NCBI GenBank assembly: GCA_002317795.1
Contig: NVWC01000012.1
Span: forward strand, 43,845 to 56,080
Origin: Nitrososphaerota archaeon
GTDB lineage: Archaea; Thermoproteota; Nitrososphaeria; Nitrososphaerales; Nitrosopumilaceae
Length of the DNA: 12,236 nt
Direction: 5' to 3'
In this document: positions 1 to 7,544 of the stretch, piece by piece
How positions within the stretch are numbered: position 1 is the stretch's first letter
Layout: each line of letters starts with the position of its first letter
Translations under genes and position numbers: made by a program
The notes under the pieces: generated by a model
Seen by the model: only the letters and a program-made list of their open reading frames with translations
What the model was told of the DNA's origin: nothing
Databases searched by the model: none

Positions 1-1
1 T

Positions 2-661
2 AGACGAACCACAAACAAGATCATTGCAGATAGTGAACCTGATGAGAATGAAGATTCACAAATTTACAAAACACGAGATTCACTATACCGATTATTCTTA
101 GATTATGGTGATGAGATTCATGCATTAATTCCCAAAGCAAAACAACTCATCAAAGAACTATCAGGGCGGGAAATGAAATTATGGCTTCCAATAATCACTA
201 TGGCTCTATTTTATGAAATCCATGGAGTAGTAGGAATTACTGATAAAATTACGGCAAAAATGCTTCATACTTCTGAAGATAAGAAAATATCTGACATTGA
301 GGATAACATTGACTTTAAGATTTTACAGATTTTAGAGAAATTTGAGTCAATTCCTACACAATCACGCCTACTTTACAATGCAATTAATGATTCGTTATGG
401 GAACAGTGGAGATTAGAACCACTTGGCGATGCTAAAGTAAAACAATCTCTAGAAAGACTTGGATTTAGGAATAAAAGGGGAAACAAAGGTGTTGTATGGC
501 ACATTATTCCTGAAAAAATCCAAGAAGCCAAAGAACGGATAGGGTTGATAGAACCTACACAAGCTACATTGTCTGAAAGTGATTATAGTAATACAAGTGT
601 AGGAAATGTAGGGAATGTAGGTAGTGTACCCCATGATAGCATGGTGGATGGTGATGGGTAA
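2..661 (+). CDS. 3' part of a probable mobile-element replication protein (DUF3631-like C-terminal region); 5' end lies outside the window
   Basis: The frame is open from position 2 (RRTTNKIIADSEPDE...ELSGREMKLWLPIITMA), so the ATG at 173 is internal. LSGRExxLWxPI and VKQSLERLGFRNKRG recall DUF3631-type primase/helicase-associated Rep proteins. The tail VGNVGNVGSV is typical of such proteins. Family call is from memory. Confidence 0.5.
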   Translation, partial: RRTTNKIIADSEPDENEDSQIYKTRDSLYRLFLDYGDEIHALIPKAKQLIKELSGREMKLWLPIITMALFYEIHGVVGITDKITAKMLHTSEDKKISDIEDNIDFKILQILEKFESIPTQSRLLYNAINDSLWEQWRLEPLGDAKVKQSLERLGFRNKRGNKGVVWHIIPEKIQEAKERIGLIEPTQATLSESDYSNTSVGNVGNVGSVPHDSMVDGDG

Positions 662-666
662 ACGAA

Positions 667-1020
667 ATGACTAAAAGCGGATTGGAAGATATTGGAAGGA
701 ATTATTTCAAAAGAGAATACATATCAGAATTATTACCATTGCAAGACATATCATGTTTCAAACAGTTTTTTTGCAAGTATTTGCAAGAACAGCGACATGT
801 GAAAGATGATGATTTAGATGAAAGTTTTAGGAGATGGTGTAATCAACTAAGTAGTGGAAGAGCACCACTTGAAGTTAGAAGAATTGTAGTGTTTTCACTT
901 TGGATTCATTGTAGTTTAAAACAAATTCACATTGCACGATTGCTTGGTGTAAGTACCAGAACAATCAGAAGAGATCAGCGTGCAATACACCATGAAATTG
1001 GCAAAAGTGGACTCCCATGA
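667..1020 (+). CDS. Helix-turn-helix DNA-binding protein (C-terminal HTH)
   Basis: LKQIHIARLLGVSTRTIRRD is a canonical HTH. It starts 5 bp after the upstream stop, consistent with an operon. Confidence 0.75.
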   Translation: MTKSGLEDIGRNYFKREYISELLPLQDISCFKQFFCKYLQEQRHVKDDDLDESFRRWCNQLSSGRAPLEVRRIVVFSLWIHCSLKQIHIARLLGVSTRTIRRDQRAIHHEIGKSGLP

Positions 1021-1240
1021 CAAGACTTTACGTATACACATTGTCCGCTTTGTAAAATTTAGTTAGATGCCCTTATTTTTAATAAAATAATTGCTAGTCA
1101 GAGTATTGAACCAATCTATCAAATTTCTATGAGAGAATTAGAGTGCCAAACTAATTCTGTAAATCTCGCTCAAGGATTGGAATCACAAATTTTCCAAAAT
1201 TATACCATACTGTTTGAACATCCATCCTGACAAATCTTGA

Positions 1241-1400
1241 TTATTTGATGTATTTACGTAACGTCTCATTCAAAACACTAGAGAATCTTATTGACTTGTT
1301 TGTGTTTTGAATCTCTTTTACTTGAATATGCCTTATTTTTTTTGTCTAAATCATCATCTAGTATGATGGTGATACGTTTTGCTTTGCCCGATTTAATCAA
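1241..1400 (-). pseudogene. Frameshifted small ribbon-helix-helix-like protein (thaumarchaeal KRITIxxDDDLDKK family)
   Basis: TTG start at 1400 gives MIKSGKAKRITIILDDDLDKK. After removing one base from the A8 tract (T-run 1336-1343) it continues IRHIQVKEIQNTNKSIRFSSVLNETLRKYIK*. Span is 160 nt (3n+1). Not in the ORF track. Confidence 0.7.
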
Positions 1401-1620
1401 TATATGTCATGTTTTGTTTACGTCTAGATTTATTTCTTAGCCTTGTTTTACAACAAGGACATGTAACTTTGTTTGTAAAGAAAAACAGTGAACATAGAGT
1501 ACAATATTTCTGACCAGTATCATATCGAAAATTGTTAGGCAAAGATACTGTTTGTTTCATCTTCTCAGTAATTGCCTCTTTTTTGTATCTTTCACAAATA
1601 CCCGTACAAACCTGTGCCAT
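1393..1620 (-). CDS. Small Cys-rich putative metal-binding protein, copy 1
   Basis: CxGxC...RYxxGQKxCxxC...CPCCKTRLR motif shared with 2545..2763 and 5771..5962. Confidence 0.85.
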   Translation of the reverse strand: MAQVCTGICERYKKEAITEKMKQTVSLPNNFRYDTGQKYCTLCSLFFFTNKVTCPCCKTRLRNKSRRKQNMTYID

Positions 1621-1641
1621 ATAGTATCCAAAAATATGACC

Positions 1642-1695
1642 TAATTAAATCAGAAAGTTACAGTATGGTTAGCAGATAACAAAAACGTAAGTTAC
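1642..1695 (-). promoter_or_regulatory. Duplicated promoter/operator block, copy 1 (GTAAC/GTTA-rich, ending in a TATA-like TTTAATTA)
   Basis: About 45/54 identical to 2431..2483, including the exact core GGTTAGCAGATAACAAAA. The TATA-like box is about 21 nt upstream of the ATG at 1620. Confidence 0.65.
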
Positions 1696-1717
1696 AAAAT
1701 TTTGTAAAAAAAATATT

Positions 1718-1885
1718 CTAGTTTTTCTTTAGTGCTTCAGCTAGTATGGATGTCAGTTTACTTTTTAGATTACCCATTGCTTGCTCTTGTTGAATACTGG
1801 CTTGCATCTTCATGCCTATTGCCTCAACTACTGCATCGGATCCTTTGTCTATTGCTTCACCAAATTTTACTTGGAGTTTTTTTCT
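1718..1885 (-). pseudogene. Probable 3' remnant of a helical protein gene
   Basis: 55 stop-free codons (RKKLQVKFGEAIDKGSDAVVEAIGMKMQASIQQEQAMGNLKSKLTSILAEALKKN*) with protein-like composition and higher GC than the flanks. There is no start codon at the 5' end. Confidence 0.4.
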
Positions 1886-1912
1886 TTAGGATATATTTTT
1901 TGAATTAAACCT

Positions 1913-2395
1913 TCATACAACAGCCTTGTCCGTACGGGATTTGCCGGTTTCAACATAATGTTTTAAATCTTTTAGAGATATCTTCATGATTTTACCCATC
2001 TTGGATTTCATCATAAAACCCATCAATAGATTAAATGGGAACATTATTTCCATTTTAAAATCTAGAATTACTTTGGTTTGGTTATCTTCAAGGGATACTA
2101 CATTCCAAGTGTTTTTCAAATCTTTGACAAAAAATGGCATTTTCTCAACTTTTATATCAAAAGAAAGTTTTTTGTTCGTTTCATCATAATGTGTGATTGT
2201 CTCATCAACTTTACCGATATCTGTCATACATACACGACCAGAACATGGTGCTCCATCAAGTGGCGTGTTGTCATTTTTAACTTTGATAGAACTAATCATA
2301 CTTAGCCATTTATCGGCATTGCCAAATCCCTGACCTACTATATTCCATGTTTTCTCAGCTGATGCATTAATAATAATTTTATTTATAATTTCCAA
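1913..2395 (-). CDS. SRPBCC/START-like (polyketide cyclase/dehydrase type) ligand-binding protein
   Basis: N-terminal IIINASAEKTWNIVG..F...KW, central RVC...ETITHYDE, C-terminal helix LKDLKHYVETG. TTG start. Confidence 0.85.
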   Translation of the reverse strand: MEIINKIIINASAEKTWNIVGQGFGNADKWLSMISSIKVKNDNTPLDGAPCSGRVCMTDIGKVDETITHYDETNKKLSFDIKVEKMPFFVKDLKNTWNVVSLEDNQTKVILDFKMEIMFPFNLLMGFMMKSKMGKIMKISLKDLKHYVETGKSRTDKAVV

Positions 2396-2430
2396 TAAAC
2401 TTACTTCCTTTTTATATCTAAAAAAAATTA

Positions 2431-2483
2431 TATTTAAATTAGATAGTAACTATAGGGTTAGCAGATAACAAAATGTAAGTTAC
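2431..2483 (-). promoter_or_regulatory. Duplicated promoter/operator block, copy 2, between divergent SRPBCC and Cys-rich genes
   Basis: Near-identical to 1642..1695. It contains TAAC-N6-GTTA (2447-2460) and a TATA-like TTTAAATA on the minus strand. Confidence 0.65.
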
Positions 2484-2544
2484 TATGGTTTTGTTATTGG
2501 GAAATTTCTTAAATAAAATAATAAGTAGAAAAATTTGACAAGTT

Positions 2545-2763
2545 TTGGCTCAAGTATGTAAAGGATTATGTGAACGCTACAAAAAAGAATTAATTACTTC
2601 AAAATTGCGGCAAGCTGCAACTACACTTACAGGCAATTTGAGATATGGTGCAGGGCAAAAATGGTGTACCATATGTTCTCAGTTTTTCTTTACAGATAAT
2701 ATTTTGTGCTCTTGTTGTAAGACTCGTCTTCGATCTAAAACAAGATCAAAAAGGCGTGTATAG
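2545..2763 (+). CDS. Small Cys-rich putative metal-binding protein, copy 2
   Basis: MAQVCKGLCERYKKE...RYGAGQKWCTIC...CSCCKTRLR. Closest paralogue of copy 1. Confidence 0.85.
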   Translation: MAQVCKGLCERYKKELITSKLRQAATTLTGNLRYGAGQKWCTICSQFFFTDNILCSCCKTRLRSKTRSKRRV

Positions 2764-3130
2764 TAAATGTTTATGATGTTTATGGATATTTCAATCTAAA
2801 TTCAAAGAAAGAGAATTGAATTAATCGTTTTGTAATCCATGATAGTATTACAGATAAATTTTTGTAATTTAGATACATATGATGAATGTTGTAATAAAAT
2901 ATCACATCTAATTTTATGAATTTTCCAATAATAAAACATGATCTAGAATAAACCTACACAAGAAAATAAAATTTCAATGCTCTACTCACTACATAAATTT
3001 TTGACCTGTTTTGTACAACATATAATATCTAAAAATCTATGAAATTAAAAAACGTAACCCGATTGAAAATAACTTTTAGATTCGTAACCTATGTCCTTTT
3101 ATTTAGCTCGTCATATCTAAAAATAGGAAA

Positions 3131-3673
3131 ATGACATTTATCAAAACAATTCCAAAAGAAGAGGCACAATCGCCACTAAAGGAACTATACCAAGAAATCG
3201 AAGATGGGTTTGGTATGAAAAAAGTTCCAAATGCTTTTATTTCCTCAAGCATTGATCCTGAGATTACAAGATGGGTTTGGCAGGGAGCAAAAACCATCAT
3301 GTTTCGTGATTCTAGCATAGATATGCAATTAAAAGAGACCATTGCACTTGTTGTCTCAAAGAATAACGCATGCTCATATTGTGTTGGGGGTCATAACATG
3401 ATGCTAAAGTCTATGGGATACGATTCAAAAAAAATCGAAGAATTAAACAACGACTACAAATCATCAAGTCTTTCTGAAAAAGAAAAGGCAGTACTTGATT
3501 TTTCATTGAAGGTAACAAACGAATCATACAAAATTACTGAAAAAGATCATGAGAATCTAAAGAAATATGGTATGACTGAACAGCAAATTTTAGAAGTAAT
3601 TTCAGTAGCAAGTTTGTTTAACTTTATCAATCGATTTGTTGATGCCCTTGGTACAGACCTTGAGATAGTTTAA
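3131..3673 (+). CDS. AhpD/carboxymuconolactone-decarboxylase family peroxidase-related enzyme
   Basis: KETIALVVSKNNACSYCVGGH (E..A..VS..NxCxYC...H) and C-terminal SLFNFINRFVDALG. Confidence 0.9.
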   Translation: MTFIKTIPKEEAQSPLKELYQEIEDGFGMKKVPNAFISSSIDPEITRWVWQGAKTIMFRDSSIDMQLKETIALVVSKNNACSYCVGGHNMMLKSMGYDSKKIEELNNDYKSSSLSEKEKAVLDFSLKVTNESYKITEKDHENLKKYGMTEQQILEVISVASLFNFINRFVDALGTDLEIV

Positions 3674-3676
3674 TGG

Positions 3677-3699
3677 AAAAAGGAGTACCATCCTTTTTT
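3677..3699 (+). terminator. Hairpin plus T-run after the AhpD-like gene
   Basis: AAAAAGGA-gtacca-TCCTTTTT, 3 bp after the stop codon. Confidence 0.55.
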
Positions 3700-3740
3700 A
3701 TTCTAATTTACATTTGATGCGAACTGTAAATTAAAAGTAA

Positions 3741-4043
3741 TCCACACATGATGATGACAAAAAGAAATTAGAGTCACCAGAATTCTTGGCACAAATTCAA
3801 TTAATCGTAGATAGAATTGTTAATGTCGATAGAGTATTGGCACAAACTGCAATTGAGCAAGCAGGAGATAAAAAGTCTGACAAGGAAATAGACAAAGCCA
3901 ACAAAGAGATGGATAAAGCATTTGCTGAACTAGATAAAGAAAAACCAGACGAGGCAATTGATAGATTTGAGAAAGCATGGGAGCATGCACAAAAGGCAAT
4001 GAAACCTGATGATGACGAAGAAGATGAAAACGAAGAAGATTAA
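3741..4043 (+). pseudogene. Probable C-terminal remnant of a larger protein (helical AIDRFEKAWEHAQKA domain plus acidic tail)
   Basis: The frame is open from 3741 (STHDDDKKKLESPEFLAQIQ...), upstream of the TTG at 3786. From memory, this motif usually ends much larger secreted proteins. It could instead be a short intact CDS at 3786..4043. Confidence 0.5.
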
Positions 4044-4552
4044 ACTAGATTTAGATTAGTTTCAAATTTAATTATTTTATGCCTACCTGCGTCCATTTTA
4101 ACTCTAATTTGGTAGTGAGTACCCGTGGGTTGTACTCTTGAAATTAATACAACGTATCTAATTCTCACTTAAAATATGGAAATTAAATGAGTATTCTAAT
4201 TTAATTTTAAATTTTTTAATAAATGCATTGGTATTTGGGTCTAGATTAACGAGTAAATCACTACGGGTCCAAAGGATTTTGTATCTATATTTTTATCCCA
4301 AAAATGATCTGAATCCCTGTTGGAGTCATGCATAACCTTGTTGGAGTGTTAATATGATCTGACAAATCGCCCTCATAGATTCGTTTAATGATTTAGAGAT
4401 TTGAACCAATGGTAATTCCCCTTAAGAGAATCAAAGATTAGAGCATTAAACCAATTAAGCAAAGCTCACACAGAGAGTTAACTGCAATCATTTTACTTAT
4501 AGTTGGACTAGCAGTACCATCTAAATCAAAATCCACTTTCAAAGAAAAATCT

Positions 4553-4741
4553 TTGACTTGCAAGTATTGTAACTTTATTGCAATAACTGAGCATGAACTA
4601 CTCAAACACAACTCTGAAAAACATTTGGATAAATCACCATACGTATGTGAGCATTGTGATTTTATTGGAATAACTGAGGAAATTCTATGGAATCATTACA
4701 ATGATATCCATCCAGATAAGAAAAAGTGGAAATGGAATTGA
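4553..4741 (+). CDS. Tandem C2H2 zinc-finger protein (possibly 5'-truncated)
   Basis: Two CxxC-x12-H-x4-H units (CKYC...HNSEKH; CEHC...HYNDIH). The frame is open upstream to 4442 and encodes the hydrophobic stretch TAIILLIVGLAVP. Confidence 0.75.
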   Translation: MTCKYCNFIAITEHELLKHNSEKHLDKSPYVCEHCDFIGITEEILWNHYNDIHPDKKKWKWN

Positions 4742-4813
4742 ATTTGGAATGGTTTTCTGACATAATACAAAAATCGTTAACATTTTATTAAATTCCAAAA
4801 AAAAAAATGTAAA

Positions 4814-5053
4814 TTGATGAAAACAGTAATAATCATTGCAATATTACTCAGTATTTCAATTAGTATAGTGTTAGCAGTTTCTATTCCCGATTTCTCAGAT
4901 TTAGAAGGATTGCAAAATGCAATTGATGAATGTACCAATACAATTGACAATATAGGACCATCTAGTCGTGATTTAGAAAGTTGTTTGGATGATGCCTATA
5001 ATCAATATGGAAATATAGAACAAAAACAAGAGTGGTTTGATGATGAGCACTGA
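4814..5053 (+). CDS. Small secreted or membrane-anchored acidic protein with a Cys pair
   Basis: N-terminal hydrophobic helix (VIIIAILLSISISIVLAVSI), acidic domain, two Cys. Confidence 0.7.
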   Translation: MMKTVIIIAILLSISISIVLAVSIPDFSDLEGLQNAIDECTNTIDNIGPSSRDLESCLDDAYNQYGNIEQKQEWFDDEH

Positions 5054-5082
5054 GTACATTTTTGAATTCGAGTATTTTGATA

Positions 5083-5289
5083 TCATATTTTTGTAACATT
5101 AACAAATTTTTCTTTAAATTTAGTATATCGTGAAGATTTTCTTAATCTTTGATTACAACATGGACAGAATACTCCATCATATTCAATGAAAATATTACAT
5201 GAATTATATTTTTTTGACCGATATCATACTGTCATCCATATTTTGGTTTTTTTTGCACTATGATTTTGACATACATCATTACATTTCAT
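5083..5289 (-). pseudogene. Decayed fourth copy of the Cys-rich family
   Basis: MKCNDVCQNHSAKK...(shifted frame QYDIGQK)...YNSCNIFIEYDGVFCPCCNQRLRKSSR..KI*. It has an internal TGA, compensating indels in two A-runs, and Tyr at a conserved Cys position. Confidence 0.8.
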
Positions 5290-5415
5290 TATCTACAAAA
5301 ATAATATCTTCGTTTTATTAAAAATAATTCTATTTTACATTTATAAAATGATAGAATTATAATTGTCTAAAAAAATTCAATAAGATTCAATAGTATGTTT
5401 GTAATATTTTTCCAC

Positions 5416-5514
5416 ATGTCTAAACCTAAACAAATTGCAGCATGGATTGGAATTATTGGTGGTATGATTGGTTTCTTTTTCTTTTCAATAGAGATGGCAG
5501 AGTTTATGCGATAA
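5416..5514 (+). CDS. Putative 32-aa single-pass membrane microprotein
   Basis: MSKPKQIAAWIGIIGGMIGFFFFSIEMAEFMR*: basic N-terminus plus a Gly-rich hydrophobic helix. An alternative in-frame ATG lies at 5395. GC is higher than the flanks. Confidence 0.5.
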   Translation: MSKPKQIAAWIGIIGGMIGFFFFSIEMAEFMR

Positions 5515-5770
5515 TACTAAAAATTATCTTGTAATTATATATAATTAAAAAAATAATAATTCAAATTGAAAAGAAATTTAATTTCAAGAAAACATTCTTT
5601 TCTTTCTACATTAATGAAAAAGTTATGGTTACAATTTAATTTCATACCTATTTGTGTTCATTTCTAACCCCAAAAATGGTGGATGATTCTGCATGGATTC
5701 TAAATTATATCTTTTTTGTTTTCAAACAACTACTAGTCCTCTAAAGATTTGACATCTGAGTGTGAAATTT

Positions 5771-5962
5771 CTAGGTTCTCACTCTATTTCGATTTTTTGG
5801 TTTTGATCTTAATCTTGTTTTACAACAAGGACAACTTATTTCGGTAGTGGAAAAAAATTGCGCACATAACGAACATCGTTTTTGACCTAATTTGTACCGT
5901 AAACCATTTCTTGTTGAAGTTACTTTTAGACGTTCACATAACCCATTACACATTTGCACCAT
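5771..5962 (-). CDS. Small Cys-rich putative metal-binding protein, copy 3
   Basis: CNGLCER...RYKLGQKRCSLC...CPCCKTRLR. It starts 2 bp after the stop of 5965..6384. Confidence 0.85.
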   Translation of the reverse strand: MVQMCNGLCERLKVTSTRNGLRYKLGQKRCSLCAQFFSTTEISCPCCKTRLRSKPKNRNRVRT

Positions 5963-5964
5963 GT

Positions 5965-6384
5965 CTAAGTCTCAGATTCAAAGAATTTTAAAGCACATAC
6001 ATCAGATCCAATTTGTTCTACAGTAGATGTATGTTTAGCTGAGATCAATATCACATGATCATGTAGGGGAATTGTTATCATCAAAACATTACTCCTGTTT
6101 GTTGTGATGTAATTTATTGTACCTAAAGTATCATCGAAATCCTTGCGCATTGAAATTTCAAGTGTCATTTGCATGTAGAGTTTTCTTCTTTCTTCATCAG
6201 TTTCAATTAAATCAACACATTTACTAAATCCTCCAGCTATTAGATTTCCCATATTGTTTATTACACCAACAAAACGGATCTCATCATTACTAAAAAGTTT
6301 CTGACATTTATTTTCTAATTGTAGATATACATTAACATCTAGTGTTGACTTTAAATTTATTTTAAAAGTTAATTGTTTTTGCAT
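5965..6384 (-). CDS. Thaumarchaeal roadblock/profilin-like protein (DUF6659-like)
   Basis: IRFVGVINNMGNLIAGG...MRKDFDDTLGTINY signature of an expanded Nitrososphaerota family. The true start is uncertain. Confidence 0.75.
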   Translation of the reverse strand: MQKQLTFKINLKSTLDVNVYLQLENKCQKLFSNDEIRFVGVINNMGNLIAGGFSKCVDLIETDEERRKLYMQMTLEISMRKDFDDTLGTINYITTNRSNVLMITIPLHDHVILISAKHTSTVEQIGSDVCALKFFESET

Positions 6385-6400
6385 CGTTTAAAAGTAAATT

Positions 6401-6443
6401 ACAAATCAGAAAAAAAGGAAATTTTTGGGGAAATCTGATTTGT
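6401..6443 (-). terminator. Perfect 10-bp inverted repeat (hairpin) with a U7 run
   Basis: ACAAATCAGA (6401-6410) pairs with TCTGATTTGT (6434-6443). It begins 3 bp after the micro-ORF stop. Confidence 0.6.
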
Positions 6444-6446
6444 TAA

Positions 6447-6479
6447 CTATACTTGTTTTATTACCTCCTTTGTCTTCAT
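6447..6479 (-). CDS. Putative 10-aa leader peptide/micro-ORF MKTKEVIKQV (or an sRNA)
   Basis: The ATG lies 21 nt below a promoter that is 32/33 identical to the CBS gene promoter. An in-frame ATG at 6485 would give 12 aa. Confidence 0.4.
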   Translation of the reverse strand: MKTKEVIKQV

Positions 6480-6495
6480 GAACATACTATCATTT

Positions 6496-6537
6496 TGTAA
6501 TAGATATAGTGGTAGCAATACAGTGTAACACAATGCA
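6496..6537 (-). promoter_or_regulatory. Regulon promoter A: TGTATTGCTAC-N3-TATATCTA
   Basis: GTAGCAATACA at 6512-6522 and TATA-like box at 6501-6508. 6496-6528 matches 7031-7063 at 32/33. Confidence 0.8.
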
Positions 6538-6613
6538 AAGTACATCTGTTCATCCCTCATTACAAAAATCAATTATATGATAAAGATATTTTTGACCTGT
6601 TAAATAGCATAAA

Positions 6614-7012
6614 TTATTTTGCAAGTTGGTTTACCAGATCAGTGGATGTGATGATGCCAATAATTTTATCATTATTTGACACTGCAAGTTTTCTGATTTT
6701 TCCACTGCTCATCATATTTGCGGCAGAAGCGAGAGTAGCGGTATGATTAATTATGACTAAAGGTGAAGACATTATTTTTCCAACTGGAGTGTCTAACGGA
6801 AGATTGTTTGCTGCAATTTTTGTAGCAAAATCTCTATCTGTAATAATGCCAACAGGGTGGTTACTTTCTTTAACAATAATTGCGCCTATCCCCCCACGTT
6901 CCATCATTTTTGCTATTTGAAAAGACGTGGTCATAGGATTAACTGTGATCAGAGATTTACTCATTATGTCCTTGACTAGAATAGAATTCTGATTGAAATC
7001 CTCACGACTCAT
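6614..7012 (-). CDS. CBS-domain pair protein
   Basis: VKDIMSKSLITV, PVGIITDRD, VGKIMSSPLV, IIGIITSTDL. Confidence 0.95.
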   Translation of the reverse strand: MSREDFNQNSILVKDIMSKSLITVNPMTTSFQIAKMMERGGIGAIIVKESNHPVGIITDRDFATKIAANNLPLDTPVGKIMSSPLVIINHTATLASAANMMSSGKIRKLAVSNNDKIIGIITSTDLVNQLAK

Positions 7013-7030
7013 TACAAACTATACTGTTTC

Positions 7031-7067
7031 TGTAATAGATATACTGGTAGCAATACAGTGTAATGCA
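7031..7067 (-). promoter_or_regulatory. Regulon promoter B (CBS gene)
   Basis: GTAGCAATACA at 7047-7057 and TATA-like box at 7036-7043, 23 nt from the ATG at 7012. Confidence 0.8.
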
Positions 7068-7080
7068 GCATAAAATCTAA

Positions 7081-7521
7081 TCAGTCTTTTGTGGTAAGAA
7101 TATGGCAGTGTGCTTTATGATGAATCATATTAATTATAGAATCATAGTGATTTTCTTCAATCAATGAAAGTTTAGGATAATCAACTATTAGTAAATCAAC
7201 ATTATGTTCTTTAACATATTCAATAACCCAATGAGCAATTGACTCAGTTAAAGCAAATTTTGTATTGATTTTAACACCTTCTTTTTGTGCTAACTCTTTC
7301 CATTTTTTCAATTCTTCTTTAATCTTGAAAATTTGTTTCTGCATGATTTTTTTATCTGATTTTGTTTCAAAAAAATAAAATTTAGCAGGTGTCTTGTAAA
7401 CACATTCTATGATGGCTAAGTCACTATCAAATTTTTTTGCTAAGGTAAGCCCCATATCAAAAGATTGTTTTGTATGTGTTGGGGTAATTATGGCAACTGC
7501 AATATTTTTAAACAATTTCAA
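7081..7521 (-). CDS. Universal stress protein (USP) family, divergent
   Basis: FKNIAVAI...LAKKFDSDLAII...IEYVKEHNVDLLIV...IHHKAHCHIL. The canonical G-x2-G-x9-GS ATP motif is absent. Confidence 0.85.
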   Translation of the reverse strand: MKLFKNIAVAIITPTHTKQSFDMGLTLAKKFDSDLAIIECVYKTPAKFYFFETKSDKKIMQKQIFKIKEELKKWKELAQKEGVKINTKFALTESIAHWVIEYVKEHNVDLLIVDYPKLSLIEENHYDSIINMIHHKAHCHILTTKD

Positions 7522-7544
7522 TTAATTTTAACTCCATACAATTC

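Noticed and set aside
594-626. 9-bp tandem repeat GTAGGAAAT/GTAGGGAAT/GTAGGTAGT as origin iterons
   Set aside because: Fully explained by the coding repeat VGN-VGN-VGS.
1021-1230. In-frame continuation after the HTH gene stop (contains CPLC)
   Set aside because: Interrupted by another stop after 13 codons, with no recognisable family; readthrough is unsupported.
449-3342. ORFs 449..634, 1986..2189, 2078..2305 and 3103..3342
   Set aside because: Antisense to well-supported genes, with no protein-like features.
4117-4137. GC-rich hairpin GAGTAC-N9-GTACTC, and a nearby TGTTGGAGT direct repeat at about 4318-4347
   Set aside because: Short enough to arise by chance; no recognisable RNA family.
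4261-4270. CTACGGGTCC (reverse complement GGACCCGTAG) resembling a tRNA end or att remnant
   Set aside because: Only 10 nt. Flanks do not form a D- or T-arm, and no second copy occurs in the window.
5083-5289. In-frame TGA in Cys-rich copy 4 as selenocysteine recoding
   Set aside because: The TGA is not at a conserved Cys position and is accompanied by indels and a Cys-to-Tyr change, so ordinary decay is simpler.
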